Shown: positions 10,413 through 20,518, counted from the first letter of the stretch. The stretch is 64,000 nucleotides of DNA from Patescibacteria group bacterium (GCA_963169855.1 CAUJCN010000002.1:69508-133507), one strand, 5' to 3'. Numbers and translations are program-made. Notes: generated by a model not told the origin, from the letters alone.

Positions 10413-10840
10413 ATGAGTTTTGGCAGATGAACACTTTAAGTGCCAGAAGGCAGTGTAACTCCGAATAGAGCCTGTGTCAATGGCATTTGACTACTTTAAA
10501 CATCGTGTTTAACTCGGCTTAATTGCACGGATACTCTCAATTAGAAACCTTTCACTGAGACGCTTTTTCTAAAGAATGCAGGTAAACTGCGAATTTCTAG
10601 ACTAGAAGCAGTTTTAGAAACTCTCGACTATTTGCTTCAGGAAAAGAGAAAATTGTAGCCTAGAGAACCTACATTCGATGCGTTTGATAACAAGACCATA
10701 CACAATATGAAACTAGAAATGGAAGAACTAGTTAGAGACCGATTCTCCAAAATATTAAAAGGATATTTTTCAGACTTTGTATCGCAGGAAAGTTAAAATG
10801 AGCATTTAGTTCAAATTAAATTTCAAGTAAAGTATATTCA

Positions 10841-11773
10841 ATGGACACAATATTTGAAGTACCTCTACTTTCTCAATTCCCTCAAGCAAAGATGGAGAAA
10901 TTCTTAACTTTAGTAGAATCCTACAGTCCTTCGCAAGAGGATTTAGAAACAAAAGCATTTCCAAACAGGGTAACTCAATTGCGCGTGGGAAACACTTCTG
11001 TAACAGTTGGCCTTCATGGAATAGAATATCCTCAGAAGAGCTTCGATCAAATGAGAAGAAACTTAGGATCAATATTTAGAATTGTCTTTTCAGACAAGGC
11101 TTTTATCCATAATTGCCTGAGTTATCAAATTTCCCAACTCAATTCCTCTAGTTCTAGATCGACTTTAAGTGAAGTTGTGAAGTCGTATAAAGAAGCGAAA
11201 CAAATTGTTAGATTACCAGAACTAGAAGAGCAGAGACAAAAATACGCTAATCAGTTAGGTGATAGGGTTCAATTTGGCGTTGCTTATAAACATGTAGATT
11301 CAAAAGAGTTTCTTAGAAAATATCCAGAAGTATTGTTAGCAACGTTTCTTTTTCAGAATGTGTTTGCTTATGCATTTGAAATTTTCGTAAACTCACTTTC
11401 TACGACCTCCGCTGCTAGAGACCTAATTGATGATTTAAGAAAAATCATCCCTGGGTTTACTTCGGGGAATGTAGTTGATGAATATTTAGGCTATGCTTTG
11501 CTTAGATTTAAAGAATCAGGTTCAGTCATCGTAATCTTTGACGATATTGCGAAAGAAATGAATGATCTAAAAGCTTTTCACAATTCTTACACTCTCCCAA
11601 GTGGTGAGCTACTCAGAACAATGTGCCTAGCTAAATCATTTCTGACCGAACAGACTGGCGGCGTACAACGAAATCAGAGAAACGTTCTTGCCGATACCTT
11701 GGAGTACATCAAAAGCCATCGCGCAGACTTTGCAGAACCACTCGGTTTCATTTCTTCTGAACTGTCTTATTAA
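10841..11773 (+). CDS. hypothetical protein
   Basis: 310-aa ORF with no recognisable motif. Confidence 0.45.
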   Translation: MDTIFEVPLLSQFPQAKMEKFLTLVESYSPSQEDLETKAFPNRVTQLRVGNTSVTVGLHGIEYPQKSFDQMRRNLGSIFRIVFSDKAFIHNCLSYQISQLNSSSSRSTLSEVVKSYKEAKQIVRLPELEEQRQKYANQLGDRVQFGVAYKHVDSKEFLRKYPEVLLATFLFQNVFAYAFEIFVNSLSTTSAARDLIDDLRKIIPGFTSGNVVDEYLGYALLRFKESGSVIVIFDDIAKEMNDLKAFHNSYTLPSGELLRTMCLAKSFLTEQTGGVQRNQRNVLADTLEYIKSHRADFAEPLGFISSELSY

Positions 11774-11829
11774 TTTCTTCAGTTGTCTATTTTAAACTTT
11801 TTGATATAATTCTTTAGATCTTTGAAAAT

Positions 11830-11901
11830 GCAGGTATAGTATAGTGGTTATTATTTCGGTTTTCCAAACCGCGGACGGGGGTTCGAATCCCCCTACCTGC
11901 T
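11830..11901 (+). tRNA. tRNA-Gly (anticodon TCC)
   Basis: Hand-folded cloverleaf: acceptor GCAGGTA/TACCTGC, anticodon loop TTTCCAA, T-arm GGGGG-TTCGAAT-CCCCC, 72 nt, no encoded CCA. Confidence 0.8.
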
Positions 11902-12007
11902 TTCAAGATTTAAACTTCAAATTACAATTTCCCAATCATTGCAATATTTCTCCATTTTCTTTATCCTAACCTTATAGAAGTATTTTATTTAAGTTATATT
12001 TACTTAT

Positions 12008-12352
12008 ATGAAAACACTCATAAGTTTAGTTGTAAGCGCTGTGGCTGTTTTAATTGCTGCTTATGTAATTCCTGGTGTAACTGTTAATGGTTTCTTTACA
12101 GCTGTAGTTGTAGCAGTAATCTTAGGTTTAGTAAATATGTTTATAAGACCAATCATTTCTCTGCTTACTCTTCCACTGAATATACTCACGCTTGGATTAT
12201 TTAGTTTCGTAATTACTGCTTTAATGATTATGTTAACAGGTGCTATTGTTCCAGGATTCACTGTTTCTGGATTTTTAACTGCATTGATTTTTGGAGTTGT
12301 TCTGTCACTTGTTAACGGATTACTATTCTCCTTAATGGGAGACGATAAATAA
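12008..12352 (+). CDS. DUF360 / phage-holin-4_2 (YvlD-like) family small membrane protein
   Basis: 114 aa, 4 TM helices; IPG...LGLVNMFIRPIISLLTLPLNILTLGLFSFVI motif pattern. Confidence 0.55.
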   Translation: MKTLISLVVSAVAVLIAAYVIPGVTVNGFFTAVVVAVILGLVNMFIRPIISLLTLPLNILTLGLFSFVITALMIMLTGAIVPGFTVSGFLTALIFGVVLSLVNGLLFSLMGDDK

Positions 12353-12374
12353 TTTTACTAATTAACAGAAATTT

Positions 12375-12740
12375 ATGGGAGTTCCTCAAAAGTACGCAGA
12401 TATCGATGACTATATTAAGAATTTCTCTCCTGAAGTTCAGGATGTATTAGAAAGAATTCGAAAATTAGTTCATAAAATTGCACCTGATGTAGAAGAGTCA
12501 ATTACTTACCATATGCCAACATTCAAAGTTGCGGGGAAAGGAATCATATACTTTGCTGCTTGGTCAAAACACGTTGCTTTTTACGCGCTCCCAGTAGATT
12601 TACCAGAATTCAAAGAAGAGTTTGCACCCTACATCCAGTCGAAAGGAACTGTTCAGTTTAAATTCGATGCACCAATGCCTTGGGACTTAATTGAAAAAGT
12701 AATTAAATATAGAGCTAAAAATCCAATTGATTACCAATAA
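12375..12740 (+). CDS. DUF1801 (YdhG-like) family protein, second paralog
   Basis: 121 aa; IDDYI...VQDVLERIRKLVHKIAPDVEESITYHMPTF...GKGIIYFAAWSKHVAFY pattern. Confidence 0.55.
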   Translation: MGVPQKYADIDDYIKNFSPEVQDVLERIRKLVHKIAPDVEESITYHMPTFKVAGKGIIYFAAWSKHVAFYALPVDLPEFKEEFAPYIQSKGTVQFKFDAPMPWDLIEKVIKYRAKNPIDYQ

Positions 12741-12743
12741 TTT

Positions 12744-13169
12744 ATGAAGGAAGTAAAGTTAGTACTTTTTAAATTTACGAAATACCTAGTAATAATAGGT
12801 TTCTTTTTAACATTTGGTTCTTTTATTATTGCAGGAAATTACGAAATAGCATTCACTGCTATTTTCGTTACAGGAACAATCATTCTAACTATTAGCCAAG
12901 GAGTTCTAAGTTATTCACCCTCGATTAAAAACGATTCATTACAAGATGAATTTACTAATTCGGGCAAGTCACTGTTTACATCATCAATTTGGCTTTTAAT
13001 ATCAGGGATATTTGTTTTCTTATACTTGGGAGTTATTCTTTTTTCTCAACTACAACCTGTTGTTTTAGAATCCATTAAAATAATTGTGCTGCTTCTTTAT
13101 AGTATTTCTTATCTATTTTTCGCGGAATCCTTTGTAAAAGGAATCAAAAAAGTAGAAGATATATTATAA
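12744..13169 (+). CDS. hypothetical membrane protein
   Basis: 141 aa, four predicted TM helices. Confidence 0.4.
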   Translation: MKEVKLVLFKFTKYLVIIGFFLTFGSFIIAGNYEIAFTAIFVTGTIILTISQGVLSYSPSIKNDSLQDEFTNSGKSLFTSSIWLLISGIFVFLYLGVILFSQLQPVVLESIKIIVLLLYSISYLFFAESFVKGIKKVEDIL

Positions 13170-13176
13170 TCATTGA

Positions 13177-13602
13177 ATGACGAGACGAATCACAGTTGTA
13201 AAACCTTCTGAAATGTTCAGACTAATGAACGACAACCTTACTTTAGGTGATTCTACATTTTCTTCACTTATTGAAAACAAATCAAGTTTAAGAATTAACA
13301 TTGAGAATATGTCTGATAAATTTGTAGTTACTGCAGTTGTACCAGGTTATAAAAAAGACGAAATTAGTATTTCTTTTAGAGATAACGAACTTCTTTTAGA
13401 AGCTCAGAAGGAGGAACAAAATGAGTCTTCTGATTCAGAAATAATTTTAAGAGAGTATTCTATTGAATCACTTAAAAGAAGAATCACTCTTCCAGAAAAA
13501 GTTGATGTAGAAAATGCCGAGGCAGAACTAAATGATGGTATTATGACCATAACGGTTCCAAAAATGCCTGAAATATTACCAAAGAAAATTAGTATTAAGT
13601 AA
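13177..13602 (+). CDS. Hsp20/alpha-crystallin family small heat-shock protein
   Basis: 141 aa; alpha-crystallin-domain pattern including the C-terminal AELNDGIMTITVPK. Confidence 0.75.
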   Translation: MTRRITVVKPSEMFRLMNDNLTLGDSTFSSLIENKSSLRINIENMSDKFVVTAVVPGYKKDEISISFRDNELLLEAQKEEQNESSDSEIILREYSIESLKRRITLPEKVDVENAEAELNDGIMTITVPKMPEILPKKISIK

Positions 13603-13702
13603 TATTAAGTTCTAAGCTCCAATATCAAAATTCCAGAATTTAGAATTTGGATATTAGATATTAGAATTTTCAGTTTTCTTATTTCAAATTTAAGATTTTG
13701 AT

Positions 13703-14665
13703 ATGATTCCAGTAATAATTCTCACAGGATTCTTAGGTAGTGGAAAAACCACTCTTTTGAACAGAATTCTCGAAAATAAGAAAGATTACAAAATCGGTGT
13801 TGTCCTGAATGAATTTGGAAATATCAGTCTTGAAAGCCAATTCGTAAAAGCCGAAGATGAGAAAATCGTCGAAATCTCTGCCGGCTGTGTTTGCTGTGTT
13901 GCTAGAGGTGATATTTTAAAGGCACTAAATAGCATTGTTGACTATCAGCCAGACACAGAAATAGTTATTATGGAAGCTTCTGGACTTTCCGATGCACTTT
14001 CACTTTCGCTTACAATGTACTCTCCTTCAATCGCTGATAGATTTATTCTGGATTCAATTGTCTGCGTTGTTGATTGTGTCAATTTCGAAAAAACGTTAGA
14101 CGAAAACGAAATAGTTCGTGACCAAATAATTGCAGCTAGTTCGATCTATCTTGCGAAAACAAAAGATGTTGGTGAACAGCAAATCAAACAAATTTCAGAA
14201 TTGGTCAAAGATTTGAATCCAAAAGCTCTTATCCACAGAGACTCCGACTCAATCAATTTTGATTTAATATTAGGAACAAACTTAGATAGAACAAAAGTAA
14301 AAGATCATGGACATTCAGAACACGATCATGATGAATTTGAAACATTTACATTCGAAACTAACGAGGCTATCGACTACAATAAATTTGAGAATTTCATTAG
14401 AACTTTGCCTTCAAACGTCCTTAGAGTAAAAGGTTACTTGAACTTCAAGAATGCACCGATTAAGGACAAACAATACCTTATTCAATATGTTATGGGAAGA
14501 AGAGATTATGTTCTCAAAGATTCCAAGAATCAATCAACACACATACTCTTTGTAGGGAAAGACTTGCAAAAAGAGAACATAAAGGACGTCATGTCTAGCA
14601 TCATGTTCAGCAATAATATTATCTACAATACCATCAGTAAGCTTTTCAATATTTTCCACTCCTAA
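13703..14665 (+). CDS. COG0523 (CobW/YciC/ZigA) family metallochaperone GTPase
   Basis: P-loop GFLGSGKTTLLN; GCVCC metal-binding motif; His-rich stretch HGHSEHDHDE. Confidence 0.8.
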   Translation: MIPVIILTGFLGSGKTTLLNRILENKKDYKIGVVLNEFGNISLESQFVKAEDEKIVEISAGCVCCVARGDILKALNSIVDYQPDTEIVIMEASGLSDALSLSLTMYSPSIADRFILDSIVCVVDCVNFEKTLDENEIVRDQIIAASSIYLAKTKDVGEQQIKQISELVKDLNPKALIHRDSDSINFDLILGTNLDRTKVKDHGHSEHDHDEFETFTFETNEAIDYNKFENFIRTLPSNVLRVKGYLNFKNAPIKDKQYLIQYVMGRRDYVLKDSKNQSTHILFVGKDLQKENIKDVMSSIMFSNNIIYNTISKLFNIFHS

Positions 14666-15420
14666 AACTTCACAATCCAAAACCTATTCTTACCAAACTC
14701 GTCTTCAACTGCATTAGCATCAATTCCAAGTTCCGATATCTTTTCCTGAGTATGAGTATCGTCGACTTCCAAAATCAAAACTCCATCTTTTGCTAAATAT
14801 TCTCTAGATTGTTCAATTAGCTTTTTAATCAAATCTAGACCATCTACTCCACCATCCAAAGCTAAATGTGGCTCGAAATCTTTTACAGATCTAGCTAATT
14901 GAGTAATTCTAGCACTTGGAATATAAGGTAAATTTGAGAAAATAAGGTCGAATTTTTTATTCTTTGGGTAATCCGAAAGTAAGTCTGATCTTATTACCTT
15001 AAGCTTTGAATCGTTAATTCCGTTTGTAAAACAATTCAAATGTTTCGGATCTAAGTGTTCGTCAAGGTTCTGTTTTGCAACCTCAATTGCTGCATCAGAA
15101 ATATCGCTCAGATAACCATCAAATGTTACTCCCCTTTTATTTAGTTGCTCTGCAAACACAATTCCGATCACCCCAGATCCTGTTGCAACATCAGCAAATG
15201 AAATACTTTTTCTATCGATAATATACTCAAGACCAAGCCTGATTATCTGTTCGGTTTCTATTCGTGGAATAAGAACATTCGCATTTACATTGAATAAATG
15301 ACCATAAAACTCTGCTTTCCCAAGCACATATTCAACTGGCATTTCAGTTTGAAATTTGGGATCGAAAGGATCTTGCCCAGCTTTAATAATTAGATTTATT
15401 TCGGCTGGACTTAAACTCAT
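14662..15420 (-). CDS. prmC: release-factor glutamine N5-methyltransferase PrmC/HemK family
   Basis: SAM-binding DVATGSGVIG; NLPY variant of the NPPY motif. Confidence 0.7.
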   Translation of the reverse strand: MSLSPAEINLIIKAGQDPFDPKFQTEMPVEYVLGKAEFYGHLFNVNANVLIPRIETEQIIRLGLEYIIDRKSISFADVATGSGVIGIVFAEQLNKRGVTFDGYLSDISDAAIEVAKQNLDEHLDPKHLNCFTNGINDSKLKVIRSDLLSDYPKNKKFDLIFSNLPYIPSARITQLARSVKDFEPHLALDGGVDGLDLIKKLIEQSREYLAKDGVLILEVDDTHTQEKISELGIDANAVEDEFGKNRFWIVKF

Positions 15421-15800
15421 GCAGATTTCTTAGTTAAGTTATTGTCGTCTTTTCCTTCTTTAACAATATAAACAAGTTTAAGTTTTCTTCCATCTTTTTT
15501 AACTTCTTCTTTTCCTGAATCAATTAGATCAATTCTGATCATTTCTTTTAGAAGATCCATTCTTTCCTTCAACATAGAAATCTTTTCGGACATTTCATGA
15601 ATAGTTTCGTCAGCCTTTAGCTTATCTCTAAGTTCTCTAGCTTTCTTTCCGATTTTTTCCATCTCGATAAAATCATCCATTTGTGTTTTGATGTCTTTAA
15701 GATCACCTCTCATTGTTTTTAATTGAGATTTTGTCTTGAAGTATTCTTCAACTTTGTCTAAGTTTGAATCGTCGAGTATATCTGAATTATCATTTGCCAT
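15417..15800 (-). CDS. hypothetical coiled-coil protein
   Basis: 127 aa, highly charged and helical; 4-bp overlap with prmC suggests co-transcription. Confidence 0.4.
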   Translation of the reverse strand: MANDNSDILDDSNLDKVEEYFKTKSQLKTMRGDLKDIKTQMDDFIEMEKIGKKARELRDKLKADETIHEMSEKISMLKERMDLLKEMIRIDLIDSGKEEVKKDGRKLKLVYIVKEGKDDNNLTKKSA

Positions 15801-15994
15801 AAATAAGATTAATAATAAATAGTTGCAAAAAATATCATAGGTAGTATACTTTATTAAGAGAAGCTTCTCAAACGGAATTTAAAATTGAATGAATCTCGAA
15901 ACTTAGCTATTGCTAGTTTTTAGATAATTGAAGTTAGGAAACTAACATCAAATGAGCCGCTTGTTACAAGAGGAAAGGAGATTTTATTTGTTAA

Positions 15995-16306
15995 GTGACC
16001 GTGATGAACTACTTACTCGTTGCGCCTACGTTATCAGCGCCAACTCTAGATACTGTAAAAGAACTGTCGTCGAAAGTTTTTACCAAAATTGAAAAACTAC
16101 TAAAAAAGTTTGGACAAGAAGGATGTGTCGTAAAGATTTCGGTTCTCAGAGATGGCAATTCTTATAAAGTAAATGTAGAACTTTTAAACCATAACCTGTA
16201 CAAACCATTTATTGCTTTTAGGGACTCAGATTTAAGAAGAGCAATTGGAATGTCTGCTGTTAAATTAAAAGCTCAACTCCTCAACTTACATAATAAAAAT
16301 AAATAA
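15995..16306 (+). CDS. hpf: ribosome hibernation factor (HPF/RaiA, S30AE family)
   Basis: ~100 aa; VKISVLRDGNSYKVNVEL and AFRDSDLRRAIGMSAVKLKAQLLNLHNK resemble the YfiA/HPF beta-alpha-beta-beta-beta-alpha pattern; true start may be ATG at 16004. Confidence 0.6.
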   Translation: MTVMNYLLVAPTLSAPTLDTVKELSSKVFTKIEKLLKKFGQEGCVVKISVLRDGNSYKVNVELLNHNLYKPFIAFRDSDLRRAIGMSAVKLKAQLLNLHNKNK

Positions 16307-16318
16307 TAAGTTATCTTC

Positions 16319-16352
16319 ACTCCCCCTAGCAATGCTTTGGGGGAGTTTTTTG
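16319..16352 (+). terminator. rho-independent terminator after hpf
   Basis: actccccc-N12-gggggagt followed by TTTTTT. Confidence 0.65.
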
Positions 16353-16403
16353 TTGATATTTTAAAGCATTTCAATTAAACTCGAAGTAGTTATTATTATC
16401 ATA

Positions 16404-16979
16404 ATGAAAAAAGTTAGAAACGCTGTCTTAGCCTCTTTTGGCTTACTTACACTTTTTGCTCCTGCTGTTAGTGCTCAATATTACTATTACTACGAAAGTT
16501 CACCAGAAGCTGGTGCATTTTTAGCTGGATTCGGTGTTTTATACCTTATCTTGTGCTTATGTGGAGGGTTAGTTGCTTTAGTTGCATATATCTTTACATC
16601 TATGCAGTATGCAAAGATTTTCGAGAAAAATGGAATGGCTGATAAGAAAGTATTGGCATTTATTCCTATCGCACAGAACTATTACTTAGCTAAAGCTGTG
16701 GGTGAAGATGAATACGCTTGGGTTCAAGTTGCAGTTCCATTGGGAATTTTAATCTCTATCCCACTTACATTCTTTATAATTGGATTCTGCATTCTTTTCC
16801 CTTTGGCAATTGTTGGTATTGTGTTCGGAGTTAAGCTTTGGTTAAAAGCTGCTGAAAGAATGGGACAAGACCAAATTTGGGGAATCGCTGCTTCTTTAGC
16901 AAGTTTCATTCCACTTGTTGGATATTTCATTCAACTTTATGCAATTTATGTAATTGCGGAAGGAACTGTAAAGAAATAG
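16404..16979 (+). CDS. secreted/membrane protein of unknown function (signal peptide plus 3-4 TM helices)
   Basis: 191 aa; signal peptide with AVSA|QYYYYY site; conceivably a pilin or VirB2/VirB3-like secretion component given the neighbouring VirB4-like gene, but no supporting motif. Confidence 0.45.
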   Translation: MKKVRNAVLASFGLLTLFAPAVSAQYYYYYESSPEAGAFLAGFGVLYLILCLCGGLVALVAYIFTSMQYAKIFEKNGMADKKVLAFIPIAQNYYLAKAVGEDEYAWVQVAVPLGILISIPLTFFIIGFCILFPLAIVGIVFGVKLWLKAAERMGQDQIWGIAASLASFIPLVGYFIQLYAIYVIAEGTVKK

Positions 16980-17003
16980 AAATCTAAAAGATTTAAATAC
17001 GAG

Positions 17004-17040
17004 AAGACTAGAAGATTAAAATTCTAGTCTTTTCAATTTT
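17004..17040 (+). terminator. rho-independent terminator
   Basis: 10-bp stem aagactagaa / ttctagtctt with 8-nt loop, followed by ttcaatttt. Confidence 0.5.
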
Positions 17041-17121
17041 CAAACTATTCTTAAGCAACCTTTCAACTACTTTTGCACTACCCATATTCACCTTGATTTC
17101 TGATTATGATAGACTGATTGC

Positions 17122-17793
17122 ATGGGAATTTTTGACTCAAGAAAAATTAGTACTCAAGACCATTTAGACATTGCTGATATTCGTGACGACTTAGTTGTTC
17201 TAAAGAACGGAAAAGTTGCAGTAGTTTTAGAAACATCTTCTTTAAACTTTGAACTGTTAGACCCAAAAGAACAGGATGGGAAAATAGGTTCATTTGCAGC
17301 ATTTTTAAATGCTATCAATTTTCCTATTCAAATTGTAATTAGAACTCAAAGAACTGACATTGCTAGGTATCAGAAATTGCTCGAAGAATATAAAGCAAAG
17401 ACAGCAACTCAGAAGGTTGTTCAACAAATTAATAACTACCAGGCTTTTGTGAACGAATTGACACAAACAACTCAAATTCTAGATAAAAGATTCTTTGCAA
17501 TAATTCCTACAATAAAGCTTCCTGTTATACAAACAAACATTATTAAGCAAATACTTGGAAGAGAAGAAATTCTAGAAAATATTCCTTCGATTGTCAGAAA
17601 AGCAAAAGAAGAGCTTTATCCTAAAAGAGATCATGTACTTAAACAGTTCGCAAATATGAACATCGCAGCAAAACAGTTAACTAACGATGAATTAATAAAA
17701 CTCTACTATTCTGTCTACGAACCTGATAAATTAGGTATTGAGGTACTTAACTTAAAGGCCGAAGATATCGGTAGTTCAATGGTAACTTCTTAA
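17122..17793 (+). CDS. virB4: VirB4/TrbE-family ATPase, N-terminal segment (ends at an in-frame TAA)
   Basis: 223 aa; DIADIRDDLVVLKNGKVAVVLETSSLNFELLDPKEQDGKIGSFAAFLNAINFPIQIVIRTQR resembles the VirB4/TrbE N-terminal region; same reading frame as the next ORF. Confidence 0.55.
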   Translation: MGIFDSRKISTQDHLDIADIRDDLVVLKNGKVAVVLETSSLNFELLDPKEQDGKIGSFAAFLNAINFPIQIVIRTQRTDIARYQKLLEEYKAKTATQKVVQQINNYQAFVNELTQTTQILDKRFFAIIPTIKLPVIQTNIIKQILGREEILENIPSIVRKAKEELYPKRDHVLKQFANMNIAAKQLTNDELIKLYYSVYEPDKLGIEVLNLKAEDIGSSMVTS

Positions 17794-17796
17794 ATT

Positions 17797-19638
17797 ATGG
17801 GATTATTTAGTTTATTATTTCCAAAATCAGATACAAAACCTGCAGTTAGCAAGGAAGAGGCTGCTATCCTGGATCAGGAAAGGAAGTCAGTGGAAAAATT
17901 TGCAAAAGGTTTGGTCGATGTAAAAGACATCATTGCACCATCAGCGATTGAGGTGAATTTCAACAATATGATTATCGGAAATAAATTTTTCAGATCATAC
18001 TTTGCAATTGGATTCCCTACTTTTGTTTCTCCAAGTTGGCTTGGACCACTAATCAATTTTGAATATCCTATCGATATTAGTACCTATTACTATCCAAACG
18101 ATACAGGTGATGTATTGAAACTTTTGAAAAGAAAAATTGCGGAACTTCAGGCAACAATTAATATCGAAATGGATGCTGGAAGACCAGCGGATCCAATTAT
18201 TCAAGAACAGTTGAAAAGTGCGATTTTGGTTCAAGAACAACTTGCTGCTGGGAATGAACAATTCTTTCAATATGCTTTATACATGACTGTTAGAGCTGAT
18301 ACGTTAGAAGAACTAGATAGAATTTCAAAGAACTTGGAATCTACTATGGCAACAATGGGCGTTGTTATTAAGGTAGCGACTCTTCAACAAGAAGAAGCTT
18401 TCCAAAGTACAATTCCTTACGGAATGGACAAGATTAACATGACTAGAAATCTTGATACCACAGCCATTGCTACAACATTCCCATTCGTAAGTTCGGAACT
18501 GACCATGGAAAAGGGAGTTTTGTATGGAATTAATTTACACAATAGTTCGTTAGTTATTTTTGATAGATTCTCTTTACCAAATGCAAATTCAGTAATTCTC
18601 GCTACTTCTGGAGCTGGTAAATCTTACGCAGTTAAACTAGAAGCAGTTAGATCTTTGATGCTTGGAACAGACATTATTATTATCGACCCCGAAAAAGAAT
18701 TTGATAGATTGTGTGCCGCTGTTGGAGGAGAATACATTTCTTTCTCTCAAGATGGTGCTCAAAAGTTGAATCCATTCGAATTATCAGGTGTTTACAGTCC
18801 AGATGAAGATGAGCTTAGATTCAAAATTCTTACACTTTCTGGTTTAATTAGAATTATGCTTGGAGGAAGCGTAACTGCAGAGGAAGGAGCGATCTTAGAT
18901 AGAGCTTTGATTTTGACCTATAAAGAAAAAGGAATTACTCCAGATCCATCGACGCATACAAAAGAAGCTCCTTTATTAGAAGACTTGTATAAAATTTTGA
19001 ACGCCATGTCCGAAGAGGAAGCACATTCGATGGCACGAAGATTGGAAAAATATATTCGAGGTTCTGCTGCTGGAGTTTTTGATCAAAAATCATCAGTGGA
19101 TATTAAAAATAATTTTACAGTTTTCAGTATTAGAGACTTGGCAGACGATTTAAGACCAATGGCCATGTACGTTATGTTGGATTTTATCTGGACAAAGATT
19201 AAACGAGATAAGAAAAAAAGGCTTCTACTTATCGACGAGGCTTGGATTATGATGCAGTATCCTGATGCAGCTAGGTTTGTATATTCAATTGCGAAAAGAG
19301 CTAGAAAATATGGGCTAGGTTTAACAACAATTACACAAGATGTAGACGACTTCCTAAGTTCAGATTTTGGAAAAGCAATCGTAAGTAACTCATCTATGCA
19401 GTTACTTTTAAAACAGTCTCCTTCAGCAATCGAAAAGATTCAGAAAGTTTTCTACCTGACAGAGGGAGAAAAAGAATTCTTAATGAGTGCTGGAATTGGA
19501 CAAGGATTATTCTTTGCAGGTGCAAACCATGTTGCTATGCAGGTTGTAGCAAGTGAAGATGAACATACTTTAATTACAACCAACCCTCAAGAATTACAAA
19601 GAATCCAAGAAGAAGAGAACGGTGGAATTACCTCTTGA
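17797..19638 (+). CDS. virB4: VirB4/TrbE/TraC-family secretion ATPase (main body)
   Basis: 613 aa; Walker A ILATSGAGKSY; IDPEKEF...GGEYISFS...LNPFEL; Walker B LLLIDEAWIMM (the VirB4-specific DEAW); TTITQDVDDF. Confidence 0.8.
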   Translation: MGLFSLLFPKSDTKPAVSKEEAAILDQERKSVEKFAKGLVDVKDIIAPSAIEVNFNNMIIGNKFFRSYFAIGFPTFVSPSWLGPLINFEYPIDISTYYYPNDTGDVLKLLKRKIAELQATINIEMDAGRPADPIIQEQLKSAILVQEQLAAGNEQFFQYALYMTVRADTLEELDRISKNLESTMATMGVVIKVATLQQEEAFQSTIPYGMDKINMTRNLDTTAIATTFPFVSSELTMEKGVLYGINLHNSSLVIFDRFSLPNANSVILATSGAGKSYAVKLEAVRSLMLGTDIIIIDPEKEFDRLCAAVGGEYISFSQDGAQKLNPFELSGVYSPDEDELRFKILTLSGLIRIMLGGSVTAEEGAILDRALILTYKEKGITPDPSTHTKEAPLLEDLYKILNAMSEEEAHSMARRLEKYIRGSAAGVFDQKSSVDIKNNFTVFSIRDLADDLRPMAMYVMLDFIWTKIKRDKKKRLLLIDEAWIMMQYPDAARFVYSIAKRARKYGLGLTTITQDVDDFLSSDFGKAIVSNSSMQLLLKQSPSAIEKIQKVFYLTEGEKEFLMSAGIGQGLFFAGANHVAMQVVASEDEHTLITTNPQELQRIQEEENGGITS

Positions 19639-19687
19639 CACGGATATCGAAAAATTATTTAATAGTGCTAGATATTAATATAAAACT

Positions 19688-20518
19688 ATGTTTGGAACAG
19701 AAAGTTTAAGAAATGCTTTACAAGATAATCTTGATTCAAAGAATAGATCTAGAACAGCAAAGATTACTAAAGGATTAATTGGTCCTGGATTAATGGCGTC
19801 TGGAGGAGGTGCAATGGTTGCTGGAGGAGCATTGGCAGCTACAGGAATGTTAGCTCCTATTATTCCATTTGGAGTACTTACTGCTGGAGCTGGAGTATTT
19901 ACAGTTGCAACAGCTAAAACCGTTTGGAACACAGGATGGGGAGTATTAGAAAGATTGAGAGAAAAAAGACAAGGTGTAGATGTCAGAAAACAAGCTGATG
20001 AGTACAAAAGACAAATGGATGCACTGGAATCAAAAATTGGATCTTCAACAAACCAGAAAGTAATTGATAAGGCAGAAAGAGCAAAAGACAGATTGATTGG
20101 ACAAGTAGAGCGAATGAATGTAAAAGCAAGTTCAAAAGAAATCGATGCTATTAGAACTGGGAATTTACCTGCCCAAAAGAACTTTGGCTCTGCAGCAAGA
20201 ACTACAGATAGAATAAGAAACACTTACGATGCTGGTCAAAGAGCAGAACTAGTTGCAGCAGCTAAAGAGGAGTTATCCGCAATTATTCAGTCGAATGTTA
20301 TGGATACAAGCGCAATAGCAGCAGAAATCAAAAGAATAACTAAACTTGATCAAAAGTTCACAGAAGCTGAGGCACAGGATTTAATAACGTACGCTAAGAA
20401 TGAAATCGCAGACAAAAAAGCATATGACAAAATGATAGCTGATTTGAATGACGATTTTAAAAAAGGAGCTGATCTTATTGATGCTGTTGACTGGGAAGAT
20501 GAGCTTACAAAACCTTAA
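19688..20518 (+). CDS. membrane protein with two Gly/Ala-rich TM helices and a long coiled-coil domain; unknown function
   Basis: 276 aa; N-terminus GLIGPGLMASGGGAMVAGGALAATGMLAPIIPFGVLTAGAGVFTVATA; rest is charged and helical. Confidence 0.45.
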   Translation: MFGTESLRNALQDNLDSKNRSRTAKITKGLIGPGLMASGGGAMVAGGALAATGMLAPIIPFGVLTAGAGVFTVATAKTVWNTGWGVLERLREKRQGVDVRKQADEYKRQMDALESKIGSSTNQKVIDKAERAKDRLIGQVERMNVKASSKEIDAIRTGNLPAQKNFGSAARTTDRIRNTYDAGQRAELVAAAKEELSAIIQSNVMDTSAIAAEIKRITKLDQKFTEAEAQDLITYAKNEIADKKAYDKMIADLNDDFKKGADLIDAVDWEDELTKP

